From: the human T2T-CHM13v2.0 reference genome, Homo sapiens
Assembly: GCF_009914755.1 (NCBI RefSeq)
Contig: NC_060927.1
Length of the DNA: 64,000 nucleotides
Strand: one strand, 5' to 3'
Shown: positions 25,417-43,140 of the stretch, piece after piece
Position numbering within the stretch: position 1 is the stretch's first letter
How the letters are laid out: each line of letters starts with the position of its first letter
The notes under the pieces: generated by a model
The model's input: only the letters and a program-made list of their open reading frames with translations
The model's database searches: none
Told to the model about the DNA's origin: nothing
Program-made: the position numbers and the translations under genes

Positions 25417-25867
<451 letters not shown>

Positions 25868-25877
25868 TCAAGCAATA

Positions 25878-26175
25878 GGACATACATGGATACATACACA
25901 CATGGATACATACACACATGGATACATACACACATGGATACACACATATGGATACATACATGGATACATGCATACATGCATGGATACACATACATACATG
26001 GATACATACATCAATACATATCTACATGGATACATACATGATACATACACACATGGATACATACATGCATACATGCATGGATACACACATACATACATGG
26101 ATAAATACATACATGGATACATACATCTATACATGGATACATTCATTCATTCATTCATGCTTCAATCATTCATGC
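25878..26175. repeat. (CATA/CATGGATA/CATT)n simple repeat
   Basis: Low-complexity tetranucleotide mix. Confidence 0.93.
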
Positions 26176-26497
26176 ATCCCCCATCTTACTCTAGAAAGGA
26201 TTTCAGGCAAAGAGCTAGAGTGTGAGAGGGAAGAGGCTGAGATCCTGGTGCAGGGCCAGGCAGGGGGTCAGGGTAAACAATGACCCAGGGAGGCCAACTG
26301 GGCAGGACTACCGTGTGGCTTTAGGCAGGGCCTTGCCGCCCCACGGCCTGGTCAAGAAGGTGCTCAGCAGGTGCTGGTGGGGCTGAGACATGACTCAGGG
26401 TCCACGGGTTCTCAGGCCAAAGGGGTCAGTCAGAAACACCCAGAAGCCCTTCCCAGTTTGGTCTCCTGGCCGCCCGTGATCGGCAACCCTCCTCCAG

Positions 26498-26657
26498 GTG
26501 GCTGGCTGCAAGTGTGACGGGGGCACCTTCGGCCGCTACTGCGAGGGCTCCGAGGATGCCTGTGAGGAGCCGTGCTTCCCGAGTGTCCACTGCGTTCCTG
26601 GGAAGGGCTGCGAGGCCTGCCCTCCAAACCTGACTGGGGATGGGCGGCACTGTGCGG
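26498..26657 (+). CDS. MUC4: MUC4 exon 19 (Cys-rich/EGF-like)
   Basis: VAGCKCDGGTFGRYCEGSEDACEEPCFPSVHCVPGKGCEACPPNLTGDGRHCA. Confidence 0.96.
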
Positions 26658-27639
26658 GTGAGCCGGGAACAGGGCCTGGAGCAGGCGCTTCTGGGAGCAG
26701 CTGATAGCTCAAGGGTGTAGACAGCCAAAGGCAAACCATTTCTCTCCTTTTTCCAGCAGATCTTTAGAATGCTCAATCTAGGCAGGTGTGGGAAATCTAG
26801 GCAGGTGTGGGAAATCATCTAGGCAGGTATGGGAAATCTAGGCAGGCCTGGAAAGGGGGTGGTGGATGGTGTGGGGCTGAAGGAGAAGAGGTTGTACAGG
26901 CATAGGGGAGGGGACGGGGCTGGGCATCCCTGAGGCATTGATGGGGGGAGCCCCGGGCGAAAGACTGAAGATGGTTTGGGGAGGAGACTTCAGCAGCCGC
27001 CAGAGAACCGGGCAAGCTGGGTCCTCGGGATCCCTGGGGATCTTCAGAGACACGAGGCTCAGGATCTCTGCATCTCACGAGTCAGGACGTTTGGAGGGGC
27101 TGGCGTGGGGATCCGGCAGCAAAGGTGCCTGATTTTCCCTTTGAGTCCTCCCAGCCATCTGTTCCTCCCGCTCTGAGTCACCAGAGTCTGATGAGGGAGA
27201 TCACAGCGAGGCCTTTACCAAGCCCCCTAAGGCACCCAAATAAAATCTACAGATCACTGTGCCTTCAGAGCCGAGGCCAGAGTGGGTAGAACCGCAGCTT
27301 TTATAAAGGCAGAAAAGGAGATGGACATGAGAGGGGAGGGCGTGAGGAAAGCCAGCTGGGGGCCCCTCCTCTGCCAGCCTTCGGGGTCCTTTCTGAAGCA
27401 GAGGGTCTGAGAAACACTCCAGTCCCTCCACAAAAGTGGAAGAATACCTGTCTGGCCGGGGAAAGGGGTTGCCCTGCAGAGAAACGCCTGGAAAAGGGGG
27501 GAAGGATGGTTTGGGGTTCCGAGTGGCCCGAAGTGGAACACTGGGGGAAAGCAAGCCTGTCCCGGAGCGGGTTTCCACGGGCTGGGCCGTCCCTCTGCTG
27601 CCCTGCGCGCTGCTGCTGACCTCCCTACTCACTCTGCAG

Positions 27640-27819
27640 CTCTGGGGAGCTCTTTCCTGTGTCAGAACCAGTCCTGCCCTGTGAATTACTGCTACAATCA
27701 AGGCCACTGCTACATCTCCCAGACTCTGGGCTGTCAGCCCATGTGCACCTGCCCCCCAGCCTTCACTGACAGCCGCTGCTTCCTGGCTGGGAACAACTTC
27801 AGTCCAACTGTCAACCTAG
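27640..27819 (+). CDS. MUC4: MUC4 exon 20 (EGF-like)
   Basis: ALGSSFLCQNQSCPVNYCYNQGHCY...CTCPPAFTDSRCFLAGNNFSPTVNL. Confidence 0.96.
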
Positions 27820-28115
27820 GTACCGCCAGAGACCCCGCCCTCTCACCCCCGCACTCTTCCTGGGCCCCACCCTCTCACCCCCGCACTCCGCCCACCTTTG
27901 GGGAAGATGAGGAAGCTCTGGGGTCACAGGACAGAGCTCCAGATTTCTCTGGGATGGTGTAAGGTGCGGGCTATGGGAGCTGGCGAGGCAAGTTGTCACG
28001 GCAAGGACCACGGGCCTGTGTGGCCTATGGAGGAAGGACGGAGGCAGAGACCTCACAGCTGGCTCAGTGAGATGAGCGCTGGGGAGGCCCGGAGCATAGT
28101 GGAGTGAGCCCTAGC

Positions 28116-28331
28116 GTGAGGGCCACTTCTCCCGGTTTCTTCAGCAACCTTCTGTCACTGTGGAATGTAGGGTGAGGGCCACTTCTCCCGGTTTGCTCAG
28201 CGACCTTCTGTCACTGTGGAATGTAGGGTGAGGGCCACTTCTCCCGGTTTCTTCAGCGACCTTCTGTCACTGTGGAATGTAGGGTGAGGGCCACTTCTCC
28301 CGGTTTCTTCAGTGACCTTCTGTCACTGGAA
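28116..28331. repeat. 56-bp tandem repeat, ~4 copies
   Basis: gtgagggccacttctcccggtttcttcagcgaccttctgtcactgtggaatgtagg. Confidence 0.92.
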
Positions 28332-28423
28332 TGGAGCAGTCAACTTGGGCTGGCCCGACAGACTTTTTGGGTAAGTCTGGGTAAACCGTGGGGTGATGAT
28401 ACATTTGCTTCTCCCATCTCCAG

Positions 28424-28497
28424 AACTTCCCTTAAGAGTCATCCAGCTCTTGCTCAGTGAAGAGGAAAATGCCTCCATGGCAGAGGTCAACGCCTCG
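28424..28497 (+). CDS. MUC4: MUC4 exon 21
   Basis: ELPLRVIQLLLSEEENASMAEVNAS; donor gtcagt. Confidence 0.93.
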
Positions 28498-29598
28498 GTC
28501 AGTACTGCAGGCCGCGCTCTGGGTGGGAGGGGGCGCTTGGCGGGTTCAGGCCAGGGCGGAACCATCGCTGTGCGGCCTTCATCTTGTCATCCATCTGGAT
28601 TCAACTGCCAGAGGAGGCCGGAGCCTCTTGCCCCATGGGAGGTGCAGGGCATTAGGAAGTGAGGAAGGCCCAAGACAGAAACCTCGACTCATCATAAGCA
28701 GAGGCCAGGGTGCCAAGTCACCCCAGCCGAGACCTCTAAGCATCTTGGTTATGATCTGAAAGAAACTAAAGGACATTTCACCTCCCGGGAGTCTTCCCTG
28801 ACTTCCCAGAGGGAACGGGCGGCTCCCTCTTCTTGGCTGCCATGCCATACCTCAGTCACAGGCAAAGTGGCACAACTGCCGAGTGGTTGGGGCTGTAGAA
28901 TCCTGCACACCCAGAATCAGAATCCCTGCTCTGCCCCTCACTAGAGCAGGTGTGCTAACTAGACACATCATATAACAGGTCATCTGTAAACACAGGGACA
29001 ATCATAGCACCTGAGTCAACAGGCCGTATCACCGTTTAAATGATAATGCGTGTCAAGCATTTAGTCCAGTGCCTGACACACAAGTATTCAAACATGATGA
29101 CTGCTATTATCACTACTGCAAGCCTAGCACTCCCCACTCCACACTCCACACGGTAAAATCTGTTGACATTTGTCACCTGCGCCAGACAATGCACTCTTTG
29201 AGTTTAGACTCCACCTAAGTCACCTTGACACCCCCAGCCCCGACCATCTCCTAGGTCTAAACAACCCATGTTCAATATACTGGGGAGGAGGTCATGAGTC
29301 ATGTGTCAGAGGCAAGGTAGGGGCCATTCATGTCAGATTCTCTGCTCGTCATATGAGGCTGAGGGGGGGACAGAATGGAAAACCCTTCACTCTCAACAAA
29401 CATTATTAAGCAAGGACCCATGACACTCACTGAGCTAGGCTAGAGTGCAAGGGTGCAGAGACAGGTGAGGAAGGTGCTGGGGTCCTGGGGCTCCCGTTCC
29501 AGGAGGAAACAGGGATGAATACACCCATCAAGGTGGGAGGGCGTCTCCCCCCCGGATGGGGCCTCACCCCCACCCCCATCTGCCATCCTCTAACCTAG

Positions 29599-29663
29599 GT
29601 GGCATACAGACTGGGGACCCTGGACATGCGGGCCTTTCTCCGCAACAGCCAAGTGGAACGAAT
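29599..29663 (+). CDS. MUC4: MUC4 exon 22
   Basis: VAYRLGTLDMRAFLRNSQVER; donor gtaagt. Confidence 0.94.
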
Positions 29664-29757
29664 GTAAGTGGGACTGTGTCCCCCTAAGCCCCCAGATCTC
29701 TTCCTCATCCCCCACCCCCAGCCCCCCAGCCCCCCTCACCGTTGCCCTCCCACACAG

Positions 29758-29981
29758 CGATTCTGCAGCACCGGCCTCGGGAAGCCCCATCCAACACTGG
29801 ATGGTCATCTCGGAGTTCCAGTACCGCCCTCGGGGCCCGGTCATTGACTTCCTGAACAACCAGCTGCTGGCCGCGGTGGTGGAGGCGTTCTTATACCACG
29901 TTCCACGGAGGAGTGAGGAGCCCAGGAACGACGTGGTCTTCCAGCCCATTTCCGGGGAAGACGTGCGCGATGTGACAGCCC
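29758..29981 (+). CDS. MUC4: MUC4 exon 23
   Basis: IDSAAPASGSPIQHWMVISEFQY...EDVRDVTA. Confidence 0.95.
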
Positions 29982-30411
29982 GTGAGTCCGTCCATTCCGG
30001 GGACACTATGGGGGTCACTGCGGGGTGTGGGCAAACAGAGGTGCTTCAGCCCACACAAACAAGCTAATTGAGTTTTTCTGTTTGTTTGGTTTTGAGCGAA
30101 AACGTGAACATTTTGTCCAGCTGCTTTTTAGATTCGAGAGCAGGAGCAGCCAGCGCTGCTGAGGCAGTCACACGTATACAGCTTCACGGAGCAAGCACCC
30201 AGCCAGGGCCTTGCTGACTGTGGCTGCTAATAAAACAGCAGCAATTTAGTTTCATAAAATTGCTAATAGTTTTCTTAAAATGCCATTGCACTTAAGCATA
30301 CACAGGGACACCCCCATCGTCTCTGCTCTCCAGTGGGAGGATATGAAGCTGGAGACTGGAGACTGGCCAGGGACAGAGGCAACTACTCCCTGAAATGGTG
30401 TCACCCTGTGC

Positions 30412-30587
30412 AAGCACCTTCCCCAGGCCAGGCCAGGCCTCAACACCCCCCAGCACCTTCCCCAGGCCAGGCCTCAACACCCCCCAGCACCTTCCCCAGG
30501 CCAGGCCTCAACACCCCCCAGCACCTCCCCGAGGCCAGGCCTCAACACTCCCCAAGCACCTTCCCCAGGCCAGGCCTCAGCACCCCC
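30412..30587. repeat. ~34-bp tandem repeat, ~5 copies (gcaccttccccaggccaggcctcaacacccccca)
   Basis: Visible periodicity. Confidence 0.88.
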
Positions 30588-31800
30588 ATCTGAAAATGAG
30601 ATGGGATTTCTGAGCCCCCTTTCAGTGCTGACAGCCCCCGGTTTTCCCGGAACAGGAATAAGTTGGCAAGCTTGTCAGAGAAACAAAGGAATAACACGTC
30701 CTATTTTCTGTATAGGGCAGAGAACAGGGCAGGGGCCGCCCCAAACACAACAGGAACTGCTGTTTTACTTGGGTCTGGGACCAAGCAAGAGCTTCTCCCA
30801 GAATCCAGGCTAAGCCCGCTCTCTCCCGGAGCAGGGGGTGAAATCCCTCAGAACTACTGTATGTTGGGGAGTTGGGGTAGGAGGCGCAGGGAGGCAAGCC
30901 CTGACTATGCAATTAAGGAAAACCTATAATTTTTATTATACAAGCATCGTATGTTTATTGCAGAAACTTTAGGAAACACAAACTTAACAAAAAGAAAAGA
31001 GGAAAAAAACCCTGTAATCCCAATCCCCAGAGAGACAACAGTATTTCCTACATATCCTTCTGAACTTTCTTTTATGCCTAGGAACCTTCAGACATCCATT
31101 TTTTACTGAAGGATCAAATCATTCCTAATGTTGGAAAACCTCCTCATTAAACAGTTGTGAACAGGTTGTCTCATATATTCTGTCCACATTCCCATTTGAC
31201 ATATTATGATGGTATGTTTGAATATAGTGTCATAGTTTAAAATACATTATAATAATCATTACCATTGTTTGAGTGCTTACTGTGTGTCCGGCAGTGTACT
31301 GAGTACTGTGGACACATTATCTCATTTAAATCTCACAGCAGCATAAGTGCTATTATGATCATTTCCTTTTAAAGATAAGGAAACTGAAGCTGAAAGAGTG
31401 AAGGAATGTTCCCTGAATTACACATCTAGTCACTAGCAGAGTTTCAGTTTCCACCCAAGTCTGGCCACCTTCAAAGCATGTGCTCTTCAGGAAAGCATTT
31501 TCCATAGGAACCTTTTTCCACAGGAACCTTTTTCCCTAGGAACCTTTTTCCCTAGGAAACTTTTTCCATAGGAAGCACCATCCCTTGGTAAGGATGTGCA
31601 GTAGTTTATTTAACCAGACCCTACTTCTGAAACGTTACTATTATCCACCACGCTGATCTGAACGTCCAGGGGCATATGTATCTGTGCACTTCTCCAATTA
31701 TTTCTCAGGATAAACACCCGAAAAGGAATTCGTGGCTGAAAAGGTACTGATTTAGTGTTCATCGGTTGCTTTCTGTGTTAATCTGTGTCCTTCCCGACAG

Positions 31801-31963
31801 TGAACGTGAGCACGCTGAAGGCTTACTTCAGATGCGATGGCTACAAGGGCTACGACCTGGTCTACAGCCCCCAGAGCGGCTTCACCTGCGTGTCCCCGTG
31901 CAGTAGGGGCTACTGTGACCATGGAGGCCAGTGCCAGCACCTGCCCAGTGGGCCCCGCTGCAG
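31801..31963 (+). CDS. MUC4: MUC4 exon 24 (EGF-like)
   Basis: LNVSTLKAYFRCDGYKGY...CVSPCSRGYCDHGGQCQHLPSGPRC. Confidence 0.95.
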
Positions 31964-32246
31964 GTGCATAGGGCTGTGGCCAGGAGGTGGAGGACAGTGC
32001 TGGGGAACCCAAGCTGGGCAAGACACTGCAAGGGGTCCAGGAATTAGGATGGCTCGAGAGATCAGAGACCAGGGAAGAGAGGACAGTGGAAAAGGAGAGT
32101 TGTGAGTGCCTGCTCTGTGTGGAGAATAAAGGCGCTATATTACAAACTCTGAAACCCAAAAGAGCCATAGGGGGGCTTAGAACTATTTCGAAGATGAGAA
32201 AACTGCAGCTTAGAGATGACAAGGAACCTGCCCCAGGACGCAGTAG

Positions 32247-32975
<729 letters not shown>

Positions 32976-32986
32976 TTCACACCAGG

Positions 32987-33282
32987 TTTTTGTTTTTGTT
33001 TTTTGAGACGGAGTCTTGCTCTGTCCCCCAGGCTGGAGTGCAGTGTTGCAATCTCGGCTCACTGCAACCTCCACCTCCCAGGTTCAAGCGATTCTGCCTC
33101 AGCCTCCTGAGTAGCTGGGATTACAGGTGCGCACCACCACGCCTGGCTAATTTTGTATTTTTAGTAGAGATGGGGTTTCACCGTGTTGGCCAGTCTGGTC
33201 TCGAACCCCTGACCTCAAGTGATGCGCCCGCCTCAGCCTCTCAATGTGCTGGGATTACAGGCGTGAGCCCCCGCGCCGGCCC
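32987..33282 (-). mobile_element. Alu (S-type)
   Basis: Consensus match. Confidence 0.94.
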
Positions 33283-33484
33283 AGGCCCATGTTTTTAAAG
33301 CCCACACCTGCCTCCTTTGCCCAGTGGTCTCACTTCAGCACGGCCTCAGGGCTGACTCAGTCTCTCCGGAGAGTGGGGCGAGCCCAGCCTCTCCTACAGA
33401 ACCTCTTCTTCCCCAGCAGAAGAGGAGGGGCTGGGAGGCTGAGCTCCCGCCTCTGACCGCCTGTCTGTCTCTCTTGGTCACCAG

Positions 33485-33689
33485 CTGTGTGTCCTTCTCC
33501 ATCTACACGGCCTGGGGCGAGCACTGTGAGCACCTGAGCATGAAACTCGACGCGTTCTTCGGCATCTTCTTTGGGGCCCTGGGCGGCCTCTTGCTGCTGG
33601 GGGTCGGGACGTTCGTGGTCCTGCGCTTCTGGGGTTGCTCCGGGGCCAGGTTCTCCTATTTCCTGAACTCAGCTGAGGCCTTGCCTTGA
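33485..33689 (+). CDS. MUC4: MUC4 exon 25, coding part (EGF end, TM helix, cytoplasmic tail, TGA)
   Basis: SCVSFSIYTAWGEHCEHLSMKLDAFFGIFFGALGGLLLLGVGTFVVLRFWGCSGARFSYFLNSAEALP*. Confidence 0.97.
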
Positions 33690-34064
33690 AGGGGCAGCTG
33701 TGGCCTAGGCTACCTCAAGACTCACCTCATCCTTACCGCACATTTAAGGCGCCATTGCTTTTGGGAGACTGGAAAAGGGAAGGTGACTGAAGGCTGTCAG
33801 GATTCTTCAAGGAGAATGAATACTGGGAATCAAGACAAGACTATACCTTATCCATAGGCGCAGGTGCACAGGGGGAGGCCATAAAGATCAAACATGCATG
33901 GATGGGTCCTCACGCAGACACACCCACAGAAGGACACTAGCCTGTGCACGCGCGCGTGCACACACACACACACACAAGAGTTCATAATGTGGTGATGGCC
34001 CTAAGTTAAGCAAAATGCTTCTGCACACAAAACTCTCTGGTTTACTTCAAATTAACTCTATTTA

Positions 34065-34070
34065 AATAAA
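34065..34070 (+). terminator. MUC4: MUC4 polyadenylation signal AATAAA
   Basis: First AATAAA after the stop; downstream U/GU-rich tttttgtgt. Confidence 0.88.
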
Positions 34071-34984
34071 GTCTCTCTGACTTTTTGTGTCTTCAAAACC
34101 AGGAATTCCATTCCTGATTTTCTTCTGGTGGCCGAAGGGCTGGACACAGACTTCTCCCAACCATCAGAGGGCACAGAGTGTGGAGGTTAAGTGCTGGGCA
34201 GCAGTGGAGCATTAGGGGCAGCTGGATCCAGTCCTAATCAGCCCCGTTACCCATGCTGGAAACCCTCAGTTGCTCCACCCCAACCTTGCTTCATGCTCCA
34301 CATCACCTTCTTCTTCCCCCACCCCAGCACAGGCCAAAGCTTCGCCCGCTAAGGAGGAGAGCGAAAGAGATACCCCAAGATGGAGTGCCCCAGACTCTCT
34401 CCCAGGACCCCTCCCTGCCTGCCTGTCCATCAGTTTCACAAAAGTTGTAAAAGGATCAATGCACAGTGTGTTTACCTGTCTGGTGGCTGTCCCCACCGCC
34501 TGCGTTTCATGGAAGAGCGATTAAACCATTTCAGCTCCCTTTCCAGGAACCAACTCAAGAAACATGCCACCACCCCACCCTTAGATCTGGAGGGCCCGAC
34601 CCCTCATATACCCTCTCTGTCCTTTCCCGGACCCCAGATGGAGTCTTCTGAGGTTCTCCATCCCACAGCCCTTCACCTCTACCCTGCCTCCACTTGCCCC
34701 AGCAACCTGATCAGCTTCCACAGAATCCTCTCAGCAGGCGGGACTTTTACACCTATCTGGTGTAATAACTCCAACACAATTGGTCCACAATTCCTGTGTC
34801 TAGAAAATCTCAATTCCAACTTTATGCAGAAACTAGGTAGCTGCCTCTTAGTTCTAAATCCCAAATCCCTGAAGAGAGAATCTGACTGGTCCAATTTACA
34901 TCAGTTGTTTATGCCTGGTCCAATAAAATGTAGTCATGGGGTCAGAAAGGAGGTCACATGGTGCAAAGCAGGTGTTCAAGCTCA

Positions 34985-35923
<939 letters not shown>

Positions 35924-36458
35924 GTCTTTGATCTGAGCAGACTCCAAACTTACATGGAGAATGACTTCTCCCAATAGGTGAAGCCACTCTCCTACATACA
36001 AAGCTGTAGCTTTACCCTCATATGCCCCAAAGTGGAATGTAATGAAGTCTCCATACAAAACTGCAGTCACAGCATTCATTTATCAAGAAGCAAGCACACA
36101 GCACAGATGAGTTCGCTGGTGAATTTTAGCAGATATTTAAGGGGAAATAATACCTATTTTCTGCAATCTTTTCCAGAAGATAGAAGCAGGAGGAATACTT
36201 CCTAAGTCATTTGTCACTGTCACCCTAATGCCAAAACGGGACAAAGACATTACAAGACGACTATAGACCAATATATCTCACATAGATGCAAAAATTACCA
36301 ACAAAATATTAGCAAATACAGTTCAACAATATGTAAAAAGAATTATAGGCCATGACCAACAGAGATTTATCCCAGGTATGCAAGACTGGTTCAATATTCA
36401 AAAATCAGCTAATGCAATCCGTTACATCAACAGGCTAGAGAATAAAAATCACATGATC

Positions 36459-36844
<386 letters not shown>

Positions 36845-37358
36845 CTAAGATTAGTAACAAGGCAAGAACGTCCCCTCTCACCATCGATTCTCAACATCCT
36901 GCTGGAGGTCTTGGCCAATGCAACTAGACACAAAAGGGAAATAAAAGGTATACAGAATAAAAAGGAAGAAACAAAACTGCTTTGTTCACAGATGACACAA
37001 TCATCTATGTTAAAAAATCTAAGAGTTGACAAAAGGAAAAAACCCCAGAACAAAGAAGCAATTTCAGACAAGTTTCATGATATAAGGTTAGTGTCCTAAC
37101 GTCAACAGCTTTCGTGTGTGCCAGCAAAGAACAATTGGAATTTAGAATTAAAAATATTTGAGCAAGACAGGAAACAAAAAAAGAAAAATGAATAATAAAA
37201 TTAAATACATATGACCATTTACATTAGCATCCCCCAAAATGAAATACTGAGGTGTAAATGTAACAAAATATGTACAAGATCTATATGAGAAAAACTATAA
37301 AACTCTGATGAAAGATATCAAAGAACTTCATAAATGGGATGACATTCTATGTTTATGA

Positions 37359-37662
<304 letters not shown>

Positions 37663-38434
37663 GCACAACAGGCCAGAAGACTCAATATTATTAAGATAGC
37701 AGTTCTCAATATTATCAAGATAGCAGCAGATCAAGATAGCCAACTTGATCTACAGATTCTACATAATGACACAATCTTAATCAAAATCCCAGGAAGTTAT
37801 TTGTAGATATGGATAAACTGGCTCTAAAGTTTATGTGGAGAGGCAAAAGATCCAAAATAGCCAAATCAATATTGATGGAGAATGGTCAGAGGACTGATAC
37901 CACCTGACTTCAAGGCTTACTCTAAAGCTATAGTCATGAAAGCAGCATGATACTGGCAAAAGAATAGACAAATAGATCAATGGAACAGAATAGAGAGCCC
38001 AGAATATTAAAAGTAATATTTCTAATAGACCTGTATAAATGTGTCAACTGATCTTTGACAAAGCAGCAGAGGCCACACAATGGAGCAGAGATAGTGTTTT
38101 CAATAAATGACGCTGGGACAACCGGACATCCACAAGCAAAAAAAAAAAAAAAAAAAATCTAGACACAGACCTTATACCTTTCATAAAAACTCAAAATGAA
38201 TCATAAACCTCAATAAAATGCAAAACTGTAAGACTCCCAGAAGATAATATAGGAGAAAATCTAAATGACCTTGAGTATGGTGATGACATTTTAGATACAA
38301 TAGCAAGGGCATGATCCATGAAGGAAATAATTGATGAGCTGAACTTCATTAACATTAAAAACTTCTTCTCTGTGAAAGGCAATGGCAAGAGAATGAAAAT
38401 ATTTGCAAAAGTCCCATCTGATTAAAGACTTTTA

Positions 38435-38758
<324 letters not shown>

Positions 38759-39035
38759 TTAATTAATTAATTAAATATACAAATAACTCTTACAACTCAA
38801 CAATAAGAAAATGAACAACCCAGTTTTTTAAATGGGTAAAAAAACTGAACATACATATCACCAAAGAAGACATTCACATGGCACATAAGCATCTACAAAG
38901 ATGTTCAACATCGTATGTCATTAGGGAACCGCAAACAACGCGAAACCCATGCACACCCGTTAGAATGACCACAATCGCCAGGCATCGTGGCTCACAACTG
39001 TACTCAATACACACCTGTTAGAATGACCACAGTCA

Positions 39036-39762
<727 letters not shown>

Positions 39763-40088
39763 TAGCAGCTTTATTCATAATTGCCAAAACTTGGAAGCAA
39801 CCAAGATGTCCTTCAGCAGGTGAACGGGTAAATAACCTATGGTGCATTCAGACGATGGAATATTATTCAGTGCTAAAATGAAATGAATTACACAGCCATG
39901 AAAATACATACAGAAAACTTAAATGCATATACTATGTGAAAGAAGACAATCTGAAAAGGCTATTTACCTTACGGTTGCAATTATATGACATTCTGGAAAA
40001 GGTAAAACTATGGAGACAGTGAAAAGATCAGTGGTTGCCAGGGGTTGGGGATGAATAAGTGAAGCACAGAGGATTTTTAGGGCACTGA

Positions 40089-40425
<337 letters not shown>

Positions 40426-41297
40426 CCAGCCGATACGTTGTTGAATAGAGAATGGAGAATATCCAACGCCAAAAATGTGCTGTCAACTCTGGACTTTGAT
40501 GAGGATATGTTGACGTGGACGCATCGACTGTCACACGTGCCACCTGGTGCAGGGCGTTGGTGGTGGGGGAGGCTGGGCGTAGGTATATGTGTGTGTGGCA
40601 GGGGGCATATGGGAACTTTCTGTATTTTCCACTCAGGAAAATTTTGCTGTAAACCCAAAACTGCTCTAAAAAGCAAATTTTATTATTTAAAAGATGATTT
40701 TAAAATTAATATATTTAAATTTTTAAAAGAATTAAGCACACATGGCACTAACGGGGCGGCTAGGGAGCCAACCATCCATCAGTTGTGAGGAAGGGGGAGG
40801 CCTGCAGGCATGAAGGAGCTGGTGAGACCGCCCTCACCTGGCTGCCAGAATCCCAATTCCATGAGGACCTTGTCATGTGACTCAAAGTCAGAGACAGCAG
40901 AAGGTCCAAAAGTTACAACTTACCTGAAACCCACCAGGCACTATTGGCAAAGGATTCACCCCCACCATGGAAGGCACGTGAGCGCTGTGGGTGCCCTGTG
41001 TCATCAACTGCGGAGAAAGGAAACCAGAAAGAGCAAAAGCAAAGCAGCGAGTGGGGAGCAGAACCGCCCCAAACCCAAGGTCCCTCCTCCCCTGTCCACC
41101 TTCACACACTAAGCAATGGAGGGAGCGGGAGGACAGAGCCTGTGTTTGATGGACAGCTCCTCCCGAGGCAGAGGAGAGGCCCAATACCTGGGAGAAGGCT
41201 GGGAGCTTGCTACCCCTGAAGGAGACCCGCAGATTGGAGGGAAGAGAGGAGCCAGGGACCCTCGTGGGAGAGGATGCATTAAAAGTAGGGCTGTCTG

Positions 41298-41795
<498 letters not shown>

Positions 41796-42855
41796 CCAGT
41801 CAAAGCCGCTGAGGCCCTGACAGCACGGGAGGAGGAGGCGTCCCAAGAAAGGAGAGGGCACCTGGGGACACCCTTCTCTAGCTGGACAGGGAGCTGCCCC
41901 TTCACGAGTGGGACAGTCAGAAGGACAAGGACACAACCATCCATTTTCGTCAGCTCATTCCCTGGCTACAAGTGGTCTGGATTCTGTCGCTTTGGCCCCT
42001 GGAATAAAATAACTGACTGACCCTTCCCCAGGGTGCCAGGTGTGAGTTTGCTTGGAAGAGAGAAGGGTGCAGACCCCCGACCCCTGCTGGTGGCAGCAGC
42101 TGGGACACCTTCAGTGGGCTCGAGAGTGGCAAAAGGAGCTATCTGGGGCAAAGCTTGGCCAAAGACACAGACTCCCTTGCCCATTCTTCCCTGCTTCAAA
42201 GGAGCCTTCCAGAAACTCCCCACAGGCCTGAAGTAAGTGGCTTAATGACTGGGATGATGAGTGATAGGTCACTGGCATGATGCACCCCTTTACGCATTTA
42301 CTGGCACCAGAAAGTGATATCATGGCCACTATTAAAGTGTGGGGCGCACCCACGGAATTCGTTTCCATTCAAATGCTTTGCATACTTTGGTGGCCAATCC
42401 CCCTCTCAAGGGATGAAGGCAGGACTGGCTGTGGCAGAAGCTTCAGATGAGGTCTCTGGTCAGAGAAGTTCCACCTCACGTTGTCTTCATCATTGCTGTG
42501 GAGTTTCGCCGTCTCAGAGCTCACACCAAGTCACAGGTGACTTTAGACAGGCCATCTTGTTTAGGTCCATGCTTAAATTTGTCTTTATAAAACGTGGCAT
42601 TTTTACCTCATATACACACACTTTAGAATCTTAAATAGCTGGAGAGTTTTCTCCAGGGACTTCTGGCTCCTGTTAGCTTGGTAACATTACTCCTGCTAAC
42701 TTTGGTCATCTCCAGTAATACAGGCGTGCACACACACACACACACACACACACAGTCTCTCTTCCTCTTTATTGTCCCCCCCCAACCCACCCACATGCAA
42801 TCATAATGATACATTTTAGTTCCCAAATGCTTCTAATTTGTGTTGTTCTTGTTGA

Positions 42856-43140
<285 letters not shown>

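Noticed and set aside
31497-31576. Five 16-bp units with TTCC-N3-GGAA as a STAT/BCL6 array
   Set aside because: The TTC-GAA spacing is N5, not the N3/N4 of GAS sites; treated as a small simple repeat.
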